Below are positions 25,460 to 38,024 of a stretch of 64,000 nucleotides of DNA, in pieces. Origin of the DNA: Takakia lepidozioides (taxonomy: Eukaryota; Plantae; Bryophyta); NCBI GenBank assembly GCA_030704615.1, contig CM060732.1:13826001-13890000 (forward strand). The letters run 5' to 3'. The notes below the pieces were generated by a model that was not told the DNA's origin, made no database searches, and saw only the letters and a list, made by a program, of their open reading frames with translations. The stretch's first letter is position 1, and each line of letters opens with the position of its first letter. A program made the position numbers and the translations under genes.

Positions 25460-26220
25460 GGAAAGTGTCCAAAAATAGGTAATAGAGATGAGGAGAAGCT
25501 ATGGAAGAATACTTTTCTGACCCCAGACAATGGTGGGACAACCGAGGCAAAAAGGTGTATGCCTGTTGGAAGCAGACGCAAGTCAGCATAGGAACTAGTG
25601 TGATAAGTAGGTTGGGGTGTTTGTTGGAAGAGTTCTAGGCTGTCATTGTCAGTTGCCAGCAGCAAGGCAAGGATGTATGCATGATCTGTGCAGAGGCATG
25701 GATAGCTGAAGGAGCAGGGATATAGTGTGGGTCCAAATTCATCCAAGAAGGCCGGATTTGGAAGGCACCTTCTTCAACACATTTCACCCTGTTTTTTCCT
25801 CTTATCAGAATCGGCCCTAAATTTCCATGTTGAATTCTGCAAGTTAGCTGGTTGAGTGACATGACACTGTCAATGTCACAACAGGAAAGTATCTAGAAAC
25901 GGGTAACAGAGACGAGGAGAAGTGGAATGAATATTTTTCTGACCCCAGTCAATGGTGCGACAATCAAGGCAAGAAGGTGAATGCCTGTTGGATTATAGAG
26001 AGTAGCAGATGTAATTGAGCATAGGAACTAGTGTGATAAGCTGAGTTGGGTGCTTCCTAGAACAAATCTAGGCTGTCATCGTCAGCTGCTAGCAGCAAGG
26101 TCAGGATGTATGCATGATTTGTGCAGAGGCATGGATAGCTGAAGGAGCAGGGATAGAGTGTGGGTGCAGATTCACCCAAGAGGGCCGGACTTCAAGCTCC
26201 AGAGTGTAGAGCATATGGCT
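25460..26220 (+). repeat. Duplicated sequence also present in the CACTA at 53205-53490 and 55050-55135
   Basis: aaaaataggtaatagagatgaggagaagct at 25470 and 53215; gcatggatagctgaaggagcagggata at 25696, 26129 and 55061. Confidence 0.7.
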
Positions 26221-29200
26221 TACAAAAGTTGGGGCAAAGGCATACATCCAGAGCTGATAGTTGAAATGGAATGCAAAATGAACGAAACATCATGGTGGTA
26301 AGTGGCTTCCCTTGGATTGTACAAATATGGAACACTTCTATGGTTTAGAGTAATTGGGGCAAAGGTATACAACCAGAGCTGATAGTTGGGGTGGAGTTCA
26401 AGGTAAACGAGACATTGAGCACGTTGGAGAGTGACATCCCTTGATGGTGTAGCTTCATATTTGTTTTGGGTTGTTTGTTGGGTGAGTGACGTTCGCTGGC
26501 TGATCGTAGGCACCGTGCACATACTCCGAAACAGAGAGCCACGCAGTGAGCCTGGAGTCCAGATTAGCAACTCTATTGCAACACCCATCAAGTATGTCCA
26601 CCCAATCAGGATTGGTGGTGTTAGCAAAGTCCGGGGTCTGCACTGCATAGGGCATATAGTGAGGAATAAAACATGAGAGTTTTAAGTATAGGGCTTGAAA
26701 GTAGCGTGCTGGAGTATGACACAGCAGAAGACATATAATTTGGCAAGAATGACACTGGGGGAACTGCCAGCTGAGATTATCAGTAACAGGTCCATGACCA
26801 GTGTGATAGAGGTTTCGAAGAGGAAGCATACAACATTGACTTCGCATAATACAGAGTATGAGAGAGATTTCATGGAAGGAGTATTCAAGAAGTTGACTTT
26901 AAAGAGTACAGTGTATGGCAAACGCACCATAGAGGTGATTTTCAAGGACAACTTCATATAAATTGCAGCATGAAGAGCACAATTATGTGATCCTGAGTAA
27001 GTCCAATTTATAGTAACAGTATGAGGAGCCCTAGTAGTTCTTGTAATTGAGAGGGAGGGGGTAGTTACCTTGGTATGTGTAGGAAGTAACATGTGGCCCC
27101 TGTAGATTACAGTGTTTGAGGGGGAGACTAGCTATTTCTAGGTGGTTCCATGGCATATAAAGGTGAGACCTAGGTGTAGAGGTGTGAGAGTATACATGGG
27201 AATGAGTGAGGTGCGGGAAGACATGGTTCATGCGCATTATAGAGCGAGTAATAGAGCAGTAAAGGAGGGAGTAGTATGGTGTGACCAATAAGCATTATGG
27301 TGAGCTACCCGTGATAATTTGGAACAGAATGTACGCTCGGCCTCTATGTTAAGCTGATAAACATCATTCACTTGTATGAGTAGATGTACGAGGTTACCTG
27401 TGCTGGAGTTGGGCGGGTTGGAGGACTGGTACATACGCCACATTTGCATGCAGTCTGCAACGAGTTGTGTTGAGGTAATCGGCCTATATAAGTCATGGGC
27501 AGAGATGGGCCTACCAGGAGTAACATGTTGGCACTTGGACATTTTTGTGGAGCTTGGGAGGTGTCCGTTATGGTGGGGGATATTATTGTGCGAGACACAG
27601 CTTTCCCGAACCAGTGCCAAGAGGCTAAACCCTTAACGACACCAAGTAGTCGATCTCCAGCCGCTATAAGCAAGGGTTCCAAACGCCATAGTGAGTTGTT
27701 CCAAGAGCTTTCCTGTGACGATCTTTCAAAGATAGAGATGGATCTGAGATGGGAGGGGCGGAGGGTAAGATAGCTGGGGGCAGGAACAATAGAAACAGAT
27801 GGCTTCCGCATAGACATGCTCCCTGGTTTTCCAAAGGCAGACTTGTTCCTCGTCTGCTTGGACTTGCCTCTAAGGTAGATGAACCTATTCTGGCTCATTT
27901 AAGAAACACAGCAGAATTGAGAGATGCACCTTGGGTACTGATATTTTTCTAACGTTGGCAAATGTAAATCAGAATTATTGCAAAAAACAAAAATGACAAA
28001 TGACAAAATCCGTAATATTGGCAAATATCCAAAGTGAGAATACATAAAATACCTATTGTGGGCCAGTAGAGGGTATTATTTTGGACCAAAGGTCAACCCA
28101 ACAGTGACGGATTAATGTCCTTAAAATGAAGGCTTTTAATCCCTTTACTGACTAATCTGTACTTAAAATGTGATCAAAGTTATGCTAGCAAACTGCTCAT
28201 CCAATTATGTAAAATAAACCTTTCACTCCTAAGAAACTGATCTCGAATAACTATTGAACCTATCCATCTCCATATGCATGGGGGCCCACCACCGTCCCAA
28301 AAGTGACCACGACCTGCATAAAACTACTCCAGTGGAGTGTAAAAAGTAATCATTGGCTTTCTAAAATTGAACAAGATGGAACTCAAATGTGGTCAGTCAT
28401 CATGACATGCGATCCTTACACCTAAATTGTTTGGAGGCGTTCCCAAATGTGACTTAGTACTTCTCTCTAACTCTGCAGTAGTATTTGAAATATGGACCGT
28501 CAGTAATTATTGATCTATCCACTAAGTGTTGTCATTATGATCATCTTTGAGTTAAAGAGGTTTACTACAGTTATCATTCTGGCCCAGCACATGATCTAAT
28601 CTGAACCACTCGTAATGAAAGCGCCTTTCAGAGTTCGCATCTGTTTGGTTTAATGTATTTTTCTAGGGGTCCATTTTAGAAAGTGGTTTGAATTAGGTTC
28701 ATCTACCTTAGTACGCCACAGTGCCACATCGACCTGGCCGTGGATGAAGACTTGGAGGATGATTGCTCCAATTCTCGTGACATAGACTATGCTTTCAAAG
28801 AGTTGAGGCCGCTGCTGCACATTAGTCTTGGCCGGAACACACCCAAGCAGGAAGGTTTATGGCCTATGATTGAGACTAATTCATCATCCTTTAGTAAATC
28901 TAACGTAATTTCCATGCTTGGACAAAACTCATCAGGAGCAGGCCGTTTCTTGTGGTCACTTGTGGGGTCGTAGTGTATTGCGACGGTGGGGGAGGAACTT
29001 GGAGGCTTGTTGAAGCTCCTGGTTCTCGTGATGTCATACCACAGGTGCTGAGTGTGCACAGTTGAAAAAACCATATAAGACTCTCTCTTGGCAAGTTGGA
29101 GTACTGGGTAGAATTTGCGGAATCATTGGGATATTTTGGCTTGTCTCCAATGCAAGAGCAGATCAGGGTCATGAGCAGCATGTACCAGACAGCTGCCTGC

Positions 29201-31079
29201 GTGTAACGCATGGTGGGGAAGTTCGACCCGACGGCCATCGGAAGCAACGTTGAAACGGAGCTGGAAGGCCTTGCTGAGCACCAAACTGGATTGAAAAAAT
29301 GCCAAAATCACCTTGATAGCTTCTTCAGCTCAAGAAGCAGACCAAGGTCGCGGGGAGCCTTTCCTTAATCCTTGGACTTGATAATAAAAAGGCTTGGAGT
29401 GTTGAGTGCAGGTCGTGCAATAACAACTGGTCCAAGGTCAAATAAATCAAATCATTGCGAGGAGGAGCCCGTAAGGACTACCAAGGAAAACCTATGAGGT
29501 AGTCCGCCGCCAACGCAGTGTCAACTGTGTAACGAGCGGGCAAACTCCAAGCTGTAGAAATCAATTAATGATCATGCAGATAGATAGAAGCATTGTAAAG
29601 AGCAGCAAGATCGCTACATCTGCATAAGAAGTGAACTAAGTCACACAACTTAAGCCCGGAGATAAAAATGTCTAAAGTGGGGGAGACAAAATGAAATGAG
29701 GCTATAAAACAGTGAGAATAAGCACAATAAGAGCATGAAGCGGCGGGTTTGGCTATAGCAGATAGTGAGTACTAAATAGGAGGAGCCGCCTGTCAAGGGT
29801 AGTAAAAAACACTAGGGATCGGGGGAGGATAGCGGAACCCTATAGAATAGCGGTTAGCAAGAGATTTAGCAGAGAGTTGAGCGGGAGAGCCGTTTGCAAG
29901 ATACCATGTCATGCTTAGAGATCATCAACTCTCAGCCCTTTCATATGATTACACCTTGAAGACTTCAATGTATATGAAATCTAAGGCTGGGCGGGTGGGA
30001 TTTTGTAACAAACCCATCACCCTAGTTGCAAACCCTTTTCTGGAAAAAATGGAACTCAAACAGGTATGTGGATATTAGGCTGTGTTACCTTTCAAACATA
30101 CAGCCTATGTGCTAGTACTATGCCAGCAGAGATAAATTCAGACAGAGCATATTTGCAGGTCTGGAAGTGGTATTCCGGCACCATAAATCCTTCAAAGCAA
30201 GAAAACCACAGTAAGCATAATCAGAACCAAATAGATATTGCCAAGTCACATCCCCAATGATTTGGGGAAGCTTTAGAAAACAGTTTGTAATCTAAGAAGC
30301 CCTACAAGAGAATTACTTGGCAATTTCTAAGCTAGAAATAGCATATACATGCCTGTTTTTCATTCAAAGGGTGGTTCCAAAATGATCCTTGGTAGCTTAA
30401 AACAGATAGTATGTAGTCTGTAAAAGCCTTCAAAACATTTTGCTTGGTAATCCTTAAGTCAAAATGTGATGAGCAGATCTGTCTTAAGCTCAATAGTCAT
30501 GTCTAAAAGTACTGCCTGATACTTCCTAAGTTAAAACAGCAGAAGATGGCCTATTTTAAACAAAATGTATAGTTTCAGAAATACTGTTTGGTAGACCTAC
30601 AGCAAACAGTGTGAGCTCTGAAAACAACATAAGCAGGACTGTCTTAAACTTAGTGGGTAGGTCCTGAACTACTGCATGGAATGGACAATTCCAAGTCTAG
30701 AGAGTGTAGCCCATTACCTTATCACCAGAAACTCATCTTGAATCAAAAACTGGCGTGGGTATGGTATCCCAGAACCATAGTAGAATGCTTTCACTGTATC
30801 CCAAGAGTCCTTAAAGAATGTTTGTTTGCTAAAGGCTCATCATATGCTTCCACTACCAGCAAACAGAAGCTGGTTGCAAAACCCAAAAAAACAACAGCAA
30901 AGAGTAGTTCGGTTGAAAGTAGTTCAACATCACTCGTTGAAGCAGTGTGTAGCAGCAGCCGCATCTCCTGCAATTACTAGGTCACATGCAAGCTTCAAAA
31001 TTCATGTCAAGTGAAGATCCTCACTTGGTCCCATCACAAGCCCCCACAAAAACCATCAGGTTAGTGAGGATTGTGGAAC

Positions 31080-34000
31080 TGTAGTGCAAAAATGGTGCGC
31101 CTGAACGCTTCATGAAAACCCCATGTTAGTTCTACGATTCAGACGTTGCACTGCCGCAGCGGAAGCAAAGAAGACAATACAACATCTGGCTATTCCTAGT
31201 TTAACACATCAATGACACTTAATGCTTGAGCTTTATTCAGTGATTATGGTCAGTCCCGTGGATCAGCTCCACTATTCTTTGCTATGGGTTGTGTTGCCAT
31301 TTCATCATCCCTGGTAGGACATTCTTGTAATGAACATGACCACACACAAGTGAGTAATTAGCCATGCAGTAAGCATTACCCTCCATCCCTTCTAAATTCA
31401 TGTCATTGCAAAACCAAAAACTTTCTAATCTTGCATCTCATTCACAGCAAAACCCGCCTCTTCAAAATTTCCTAATTCCCTGTCATGCAGCTTTCTTGAC
31501 CCAGCTCAAGATCCATTCAGTATGTTAAAGATTATGCTACCAAAGATGAAAGCCCTTTCATCACGATCTCTCCATTGTGACAAATAGATATATGGCGATT
31601 TCACCCAAAAACTTGCTGCCAGTGTCAAAACGTTACTTAGAAAATTTCACCAACTACATGACTCCGAGCTCTCCTGATACTCTCATCTTCCTGTCTGCAC
31701 TCTGATCTCCCTCAACCTTTCTCCCTTCATCCTTCTCTCAGTTTCTCCATCACCTCTTTCTTCATCACGATCAGCCTGCTTGGTGCAGCGAGGAGCCCTA
31801 TATCTAAGCTTGGCTGGCTGCAGATTTTTTTCCCTGGAAATGTTAATAATTTACTTGCTCCTAGGCCTTGCATTTACTAATGCCGGCTCCTAAGTTTTAG
31901 TGCCACCGTCCTTATTTACGCACTGATTTATGGAGGTGGCCCACCTTCCCTATAAACAATATTTTCCTGAGATACAATACCAAAAATCGTGGCTTTGCAG
32001 GTTTGAACTCTTGTTCTTGCCCATCTAATATCACTTATTAAAAGTGTCATTTCCTAGCTTTGAACCTTGGATCTCCTGAAATATTGCTATATTGCCTTGA
32101 TGCCCATAAGTACTGCCTCTCGGGTTTGATCTCATGTTCCCTTCGTGGATCTCATCCGTCCGCCTCGTCCTTCATCCCTCCTTCCCTCCTTCCATACCCC
32201 TTTATTTATTGCAGCAGATCCGTACTTACAATGTGTCTTCTCTCGGGTGTGAACCCGGGTTCCCTTGTCCTTCTTCACTGTTTTCATTCATCCTTTCCTC
32301 TTACCACTTTGCCAAAACATCCCCTCAAGGTTTCAACGACCTCTTTTTACACTACAGCTGTAGTGTGCACTTCCCTTTTTAGAGCCCGAGTCCCCACGGG
32401 CTGATGACACTCACGTTTTTAGCAGTTTCAAGTCTCTTCGTGATCTTTCCCACCACTTTGCAGCTCCGTCCTCCAGCAAACAAATGCGGTCTCCCTCTTC
32501 TCTGTCATCACCAGTGTGCTTGTCTTTGTACCTGTAGAATTTGTATGGGATTTCCCAAGAGTTCTCCAGCTCGCGTTTCTCGCCTGGCTTCAACACCACA
32601 ACCACCGAACCCACTGTGATTGGTGCATCCTCGTGGTCTTTTGCCAGTGATTTCATCTCCTCACCGAGTGCAGCTACTGCCGCCTGTGGGTCATCATCGT
32701 TTGTTGCCTGCGTCAGGTGCTGCGGGAATTCATCCACAGCCTCAGCTAGCATTGGGGCAGGAGAAGGCATTGTTGGAAACCGTTCATGCAGGCGGTGTCG
32801 TATGAGAGCCAGGTAGAAATCCTCGTCCCACTCTCTCTCACCCAGAATTTGCAGAGCTGTAATGTTTTTGGCCAACATTTCCATCACCCATTTCGTCGTC
32901 ACAATGGTGGCCATTGAAGCAGGCTTCGCTCATGTCCGATCCCATATTTCTTGTAGGCACCCGCAAACTGGTTGTCCCATTCTGCTTCACCATCTGAGAG
33001 TATGACTTTATGCCGAGGTATGACCACTTCTTCCAAAAATTGAGCAGTGAGAGTGGCTGTCTGATCAAGTTCCATGTCCTCAATAGTTTCTTGCGAGCTG
33101 GATGATGTCAAATTTACGAATTCGTGACTGTCACCAAATACTCGTTCCCTTCCCTTGTTTTTGAAAAAGGACCTGCAATATCGCAAATTACACAAGAGAA
33201 CATAGTCATCGCGAAATTGTTGTGAGTCCGAAGATCTTCAGCATGACCTAAATTTTCAGTGGGCGCATAGTAGCTTCTTGGTGGGATCTCGTATTCAGTT
33301 TTTTTGTCTTGGTGACTTCCTCTCTCAATGTGGTAGTCATCTCTCTTATCAGTTGGCTTATCCTCCAGGTTGGCCTGTCCACATTCAAGTGTTCCCATGA
33401 CTTTTAGGCTTGTCATACCCTCCAATCTGAGCTTAGGCGTTCTTGATGCCTCCATTGGCTCTTTATGCTGCGAAGAGGTTCCCTCTGATGCTCGTGAGTA
33501 GCTGGTATTGTTGTTGATTTGCTTACTCTCCCCAGCAATCTGTTGTTGTCTTGTTTCTGGTAGCTTGCTTGTGCTTACATGCACCATGTTGATGGCTGGT
33601 ATCTGATTTCTTCCTCCTTCCCTTTGAGTTGTTCTGTTGTTGATCTGTCTTGTGTTTCCTCATTCGTAGGTCTGTGACTTGGACCTATCTCTTCATTGGT
33701 CGCTGTCCACTCTTTTGCTTTCCATTGATGATAAAACTCTTCTAGTCCAGGCACATTTCCCTCTGATTTTTCACTCCTTGTATCTTGTGGGTTTGCTTTA
33801 CCGTCTCTCTTTGCAGTCTCACTTTTTCCTGTAGTCTGAGTTTTCTCCGGTTGTATGTGATCAGATGCTAAATAAATCCTCTCATTCTCTAGTTTTGTTG
33901 ACCAAATCTCAGGCAACCTAGATTGGTACAACTCCTCCATGTTGGTAACACACTCACCTTCTTCCATTTTCTTTTCTGCTGCTCCAGCTATGAATTCCCT

Positions 34001-36850
34001 TGCTCTTTGACTCCCCCTACTTGAGGAACCCACACTTTCATGACTTTTTCTTACACAACACTCACTGTTGAACTCTGCCCTAAGGGACTTCCCTTTTTCC
34101 TCTATCTTGTGTACTGCAGATGGAGTACTCATCTCAGAAGTGTGTGCTTTTGGTGGTCCCTTCCCTGCTGGCATCATGTTTCTGATCGGGGAAGTTTCCT
34201 CCTTCCCTCGGCTTTGATTCTCAGTACCATCCCTGAACTGTTCAGATCCCCTGTTGTTTGACTCTTGACTACTTGTTGCGAGTAACAATCTCTCTTTTCC
34301 CAAACGTCTGTGCTGTCCAGCCCTAATGCAGTATACACAAAGCAATTTCCTCACTTCTTTCTCGCTGTTTGCAGTTGACTCAGTGTTTACCATGTTGATC
34401 CTTGGATAGAGTTCATCTGCAATTTGTGTGCCTTCTCTCTTAGTCTGAACTCCCCACATACTTGATATTTTGACCCGTAAATTATCGCTCCTTCGAAGTT
34501 GTTCCTGCTTCGCCTTTGTGGACTTGTTGAATTGTTATTAATTCATCACTGCAGCATTCATGGTTCTCGTCTTTCAACCTCCTTCAGGCCATTAAATTGA
34601 AAATCCAATGCACTTCGTCAACTTACTCTGTCACGTACCAAGTCCACCTTCACCTGTTTTATTGATGTCCCCTTTCGTTTGGAGATTCACCAATGCCCCC
34701 AGGCTTTTTTTTTTTACCTATTGTGGGGGCCTGATTACAATGTTCATGATCCCGTGGGAGATTTCTCTTAAGTAGACACACTAGACCTCCACTTCTTTGA
34801 TTCTAAGTCACACTTTCTGTTACAATGATGTCATAACTCTTGTTTTAGTAGTCCCAAACAGCTCTGCTTGCCAACTTGCTTGAGGATATTTAATTGTTGG
34901 TTCATCAACTGTATCGTGAAGAAAACCAGTACCACAGAATTACCTCTTTGTCATGAGATTATTGGTTTGAACACGGCATGGTCCAAATGATAGTGCTCGA
35001 TCTCACATTTGCTCCAAACAACCCTTGCTTAAGTGCTTCCTGCAATGCTTCCATAATTCTCCTGACTTTGGCTTGCCACAGACATGTCTCCCATCGTTTT
35101 GTCACATACGTGCCTCTCATCATCAGCCGGCATGCCAGTGCTTCCTTCAAACAGTCTCACCGTTGATGTCATTGATTCGTGATCATGACATGCTTCATTC
35201 TTCTCCATTCAGATCCAGACCGTGGGCAATTTGCATACACCATAACAAGCTTATAAGGATTAACTACCTCTTCAGAACAGACCCTAACTCTTTATACTTG
35301 CGATCTATGGCTCCTCTTTGCATATTTGTTCTCCCACTATGTTAAATTGTGGATAGATGCAGTTGTATCAGGTTGCTTCTCATCATAATGTCAACAAAGC
35401 ACACATGTGGTGTAAAGCCTGCACTGTCCCATACCAGTCAAGCCAGACAATACTAAGGAGATCGTAATCAAGTCAGAGTACTCATAGTAAAGCTTGTCAA
35501 ACCCGATTATATCCATATCCACTCAAACATCTGTGGTTAGTCTTCTAGTGATGATCCGTATGCAGATATAACTATATGACGAATTAAAGAAACGGTCCAC
35601 GAACGTAAGCTCTAATACCAAAATGGTGCGCCTGAACGCTTCATGAAAACCCCACGTTTGTTCTACGATTCAGACGTTGCACTGCCGCAGCGGAAACAAA
35701 GAAGACAATACAACATCTGGCTATTCCTAGTTTAACACATCAATGACACTTAATGCTTGAGCTTTATTCAGTGATTATGGTCAGTCCCGTGGATCAGCTC
35801 CACTATTCTTTGCTATGGGTTGTGTTGCCATTTCATCATCCCTGGTAGGACATTCTTGTAATGAACATGACCACACACAAGTGAGTAATTAGCCATGCAG
35901 TAAAGCATTACCCTCCATCCCTTTTAAATTCATTGCAAAACCAAAAACTTTCTAATCTTGCATCTCATTCACAGCAAAACCCGCCTCTTCAAAATTTCCT
36001 AATTCCCTGTCATGCAGCTTTCTTGACCCAGCTCAAGATCCATTCAGTAGGTTAAAGATTATGATACCAAAGATGCAAGCCCTTTTATCACGATCTCTCC
36101 ATTGTGACAAATTGATATATAGCGATTTCACCCAAAAACTTGCTGCCAGTGTCAAAACGTTACTTAGAAAATTTCACCAACTACATGACTCCGAGCTCTC
36201 CTGAAACTCTCATCTTCCTGTCTGCACTCTGATCTCCCTCAACCTTTCTCCCTACGTCCTTCTCTCAGTTTCTCCATCACCTCTTTCTTCATCACGATCA
36301 GCCTGCTTGGTGGTCCTCTATTTAAGCTTGGCTGGCTGCAGATTTTTTTCCCTGGAAATATTAATAATTTACTTGCTCTTACTAATGCCGGCTTCTAAGT
36401 TTTAGTGCCACCGTCCTTATTTACGCACTGATTTATGGAGGTGGCCCACCTTCCCTATAAACAATATTTTCCTGAGATACAATACCAAAAATCGTGGCTT
36501 TCCAGGTATGAACTCTGGTTCTTGCCCATCTAATAACACTTATTAAAAGTGTCATTTCCCAGCTTTGAACCTTGGATCTCCTGAAATATTGCTATATTGC
36601 CTTGATACCCATAAGTACTGCCTCTCCGGTTTGATCTCATGTTCCCTTCATGGATCTCATCCGTCCGCCTCATCCTTCATCCCTCCTTTCCATCCTTCCA
36701 TACCCCTTTATTTATTGCAGCAGATCCGTACTTACAATGTGTCTTCTCCCGGGTTCCCTTGTCCTTCTTCACTGTTTTCATTCATCCTTTCCTCTTACCA
36801 CTTTGCCAAAACATCCCCTCAAGTTTTCAACGACCTCTTTTTACACTACA
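31080..36850 (-). mobile_element. Non-autonomous LTR retrotransposon with permuted (split) LTR
   Basis: Repeat B at 31093-32356 and 35624-36850; iMet PBS at 35609-35620; PPT at 32370-32386; short segment A at 32359-32369 and 31080-31088; TSD gaac/gaag. No pol recognised. Confidence 0.88.
32411..34459 (-). pseudogene. Internal ORF remnants of the non-autonomous element, unknown function
   Basis: Collinear hydrophilic ORFs 33575-34459, 33114-33587, 32838-33083 and 32411-32914. Confidence 0.45.
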
Positions 36851-37639
36851 GAAGCCTAGGTGAATCACATACCTTCACGCTTGTTATCGCTGTCTAACAT
36901 GCATTCGAAAGCAGGCAAGATGAGCACAAGTAAAGCATATTTGCAACACCACAAAGAAACTTTAATCGTTTGTGGAATGGGACTCTGCGTCATGGCGTCT
37001 AGAACCTGTTTCTCAACGCAAACCATGATGGGGAAATGGAACACAAGTTGCATCTTTACCATTGAAGAACACTTCCCCAATCTCCTTAAGAGCGCCGCTG
37101 CTCCATAATTGAACAATGAAGGTGCTTTGCAAGCAATCACAACAGCAGGTCGATTGCTAGCTCGGGAAATGAAGGTACTAGCCGCCAGCGCACATCCCAA
37201 GAAATGCAAACAAAGCACGAGGATTCTGCTGCTCGAGCACTTAGCCGCCATCTTCCTCCCCCCTAGCAAAAACCACCCCCTAGCAAAAACCAGCACGGGT
37301 ATTGTGCGAATTTTAGGGCAGAGAGACGATAACGTACTCAAACCCGCGATTTCATCCAGTAGGGGATAAATCTCAAGACGCAAAACAAAAAACATCCATT
37401 AGGGTTGTAATCATATAGAGATTTCATCCAATAGGGATGAAATCAATGTTAGGGATTACCATTTACAACAAAAAACCATATCATAGAGGTAGTGGCATAG
37501 CTAGAATCCCAATAAGTAATTGGAGGAAGAGAGAGAGAGAGAGAGGGCAAAAACCAAAAAAAAAAAAGGTGGGGGCACTCCCCGTCCCATCCCCCGTCCC
37601 CACCCCTTGTCCCTGCCCTTTGTCTCAAACCTTACTTAA

Positions 37640-37945
37640 CACCCCCCCCTCCCCCCGTGGCGACCCTCTTCAGTCGCAATAAGGAGCGGGCGTCGCAAAG
37701 TCCCTTGCTGCGACGCCCCACCGTCGCATCAGGGGGCGAGGGTGGGGTCCTCTCTTTCCCTTCATGCCACCTTGCAACAGCGGGTCGCCCCTTTGGGGCC
37801 CCCTCTTCCCCGTCACACCAGCGTGCGACGTTGGCGTCGAAGTCTGGCGGGTTCGCCGGGTCTACGACGCCTGGGCGTCGCAAAAGACGCTGGGGCGTCG
37901 CAGGAGGGGCCGCGGGGGTGGCGTCGCAGGCTCAGTGCCGCGCCC
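37640..37945. repeat. GC-rich GCGACG/CGTCGC motif cluster, possibly a DNA-transposon subterminal region
   Basis: About 10 gcgac/gtcgc motifs in both orientations. Confidence 0.35.
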
Positions 37946-37976
37946 ACCATCGGGGCGCGGACTAGCCGTATTGTCA

Positions 37977-38023
<47 letters not shown>

Positions 38024-38024
<1 letters not shown>

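Noticed and set aside
29700-29910. gatagc/tagcgg motif cluster, possible hAT/MITE end
   Set aside because: No partner TIR or TSD found.
36865-37395. 176-aa ORF as a host gene
   Set aside because: No recognisable domain or supportable exon structure.
37979-38023. ~45-nt poly-C tract
   Set aside because: It lies at a junction of unrelated sequences and may be an assembly artefact; no function can be supported.
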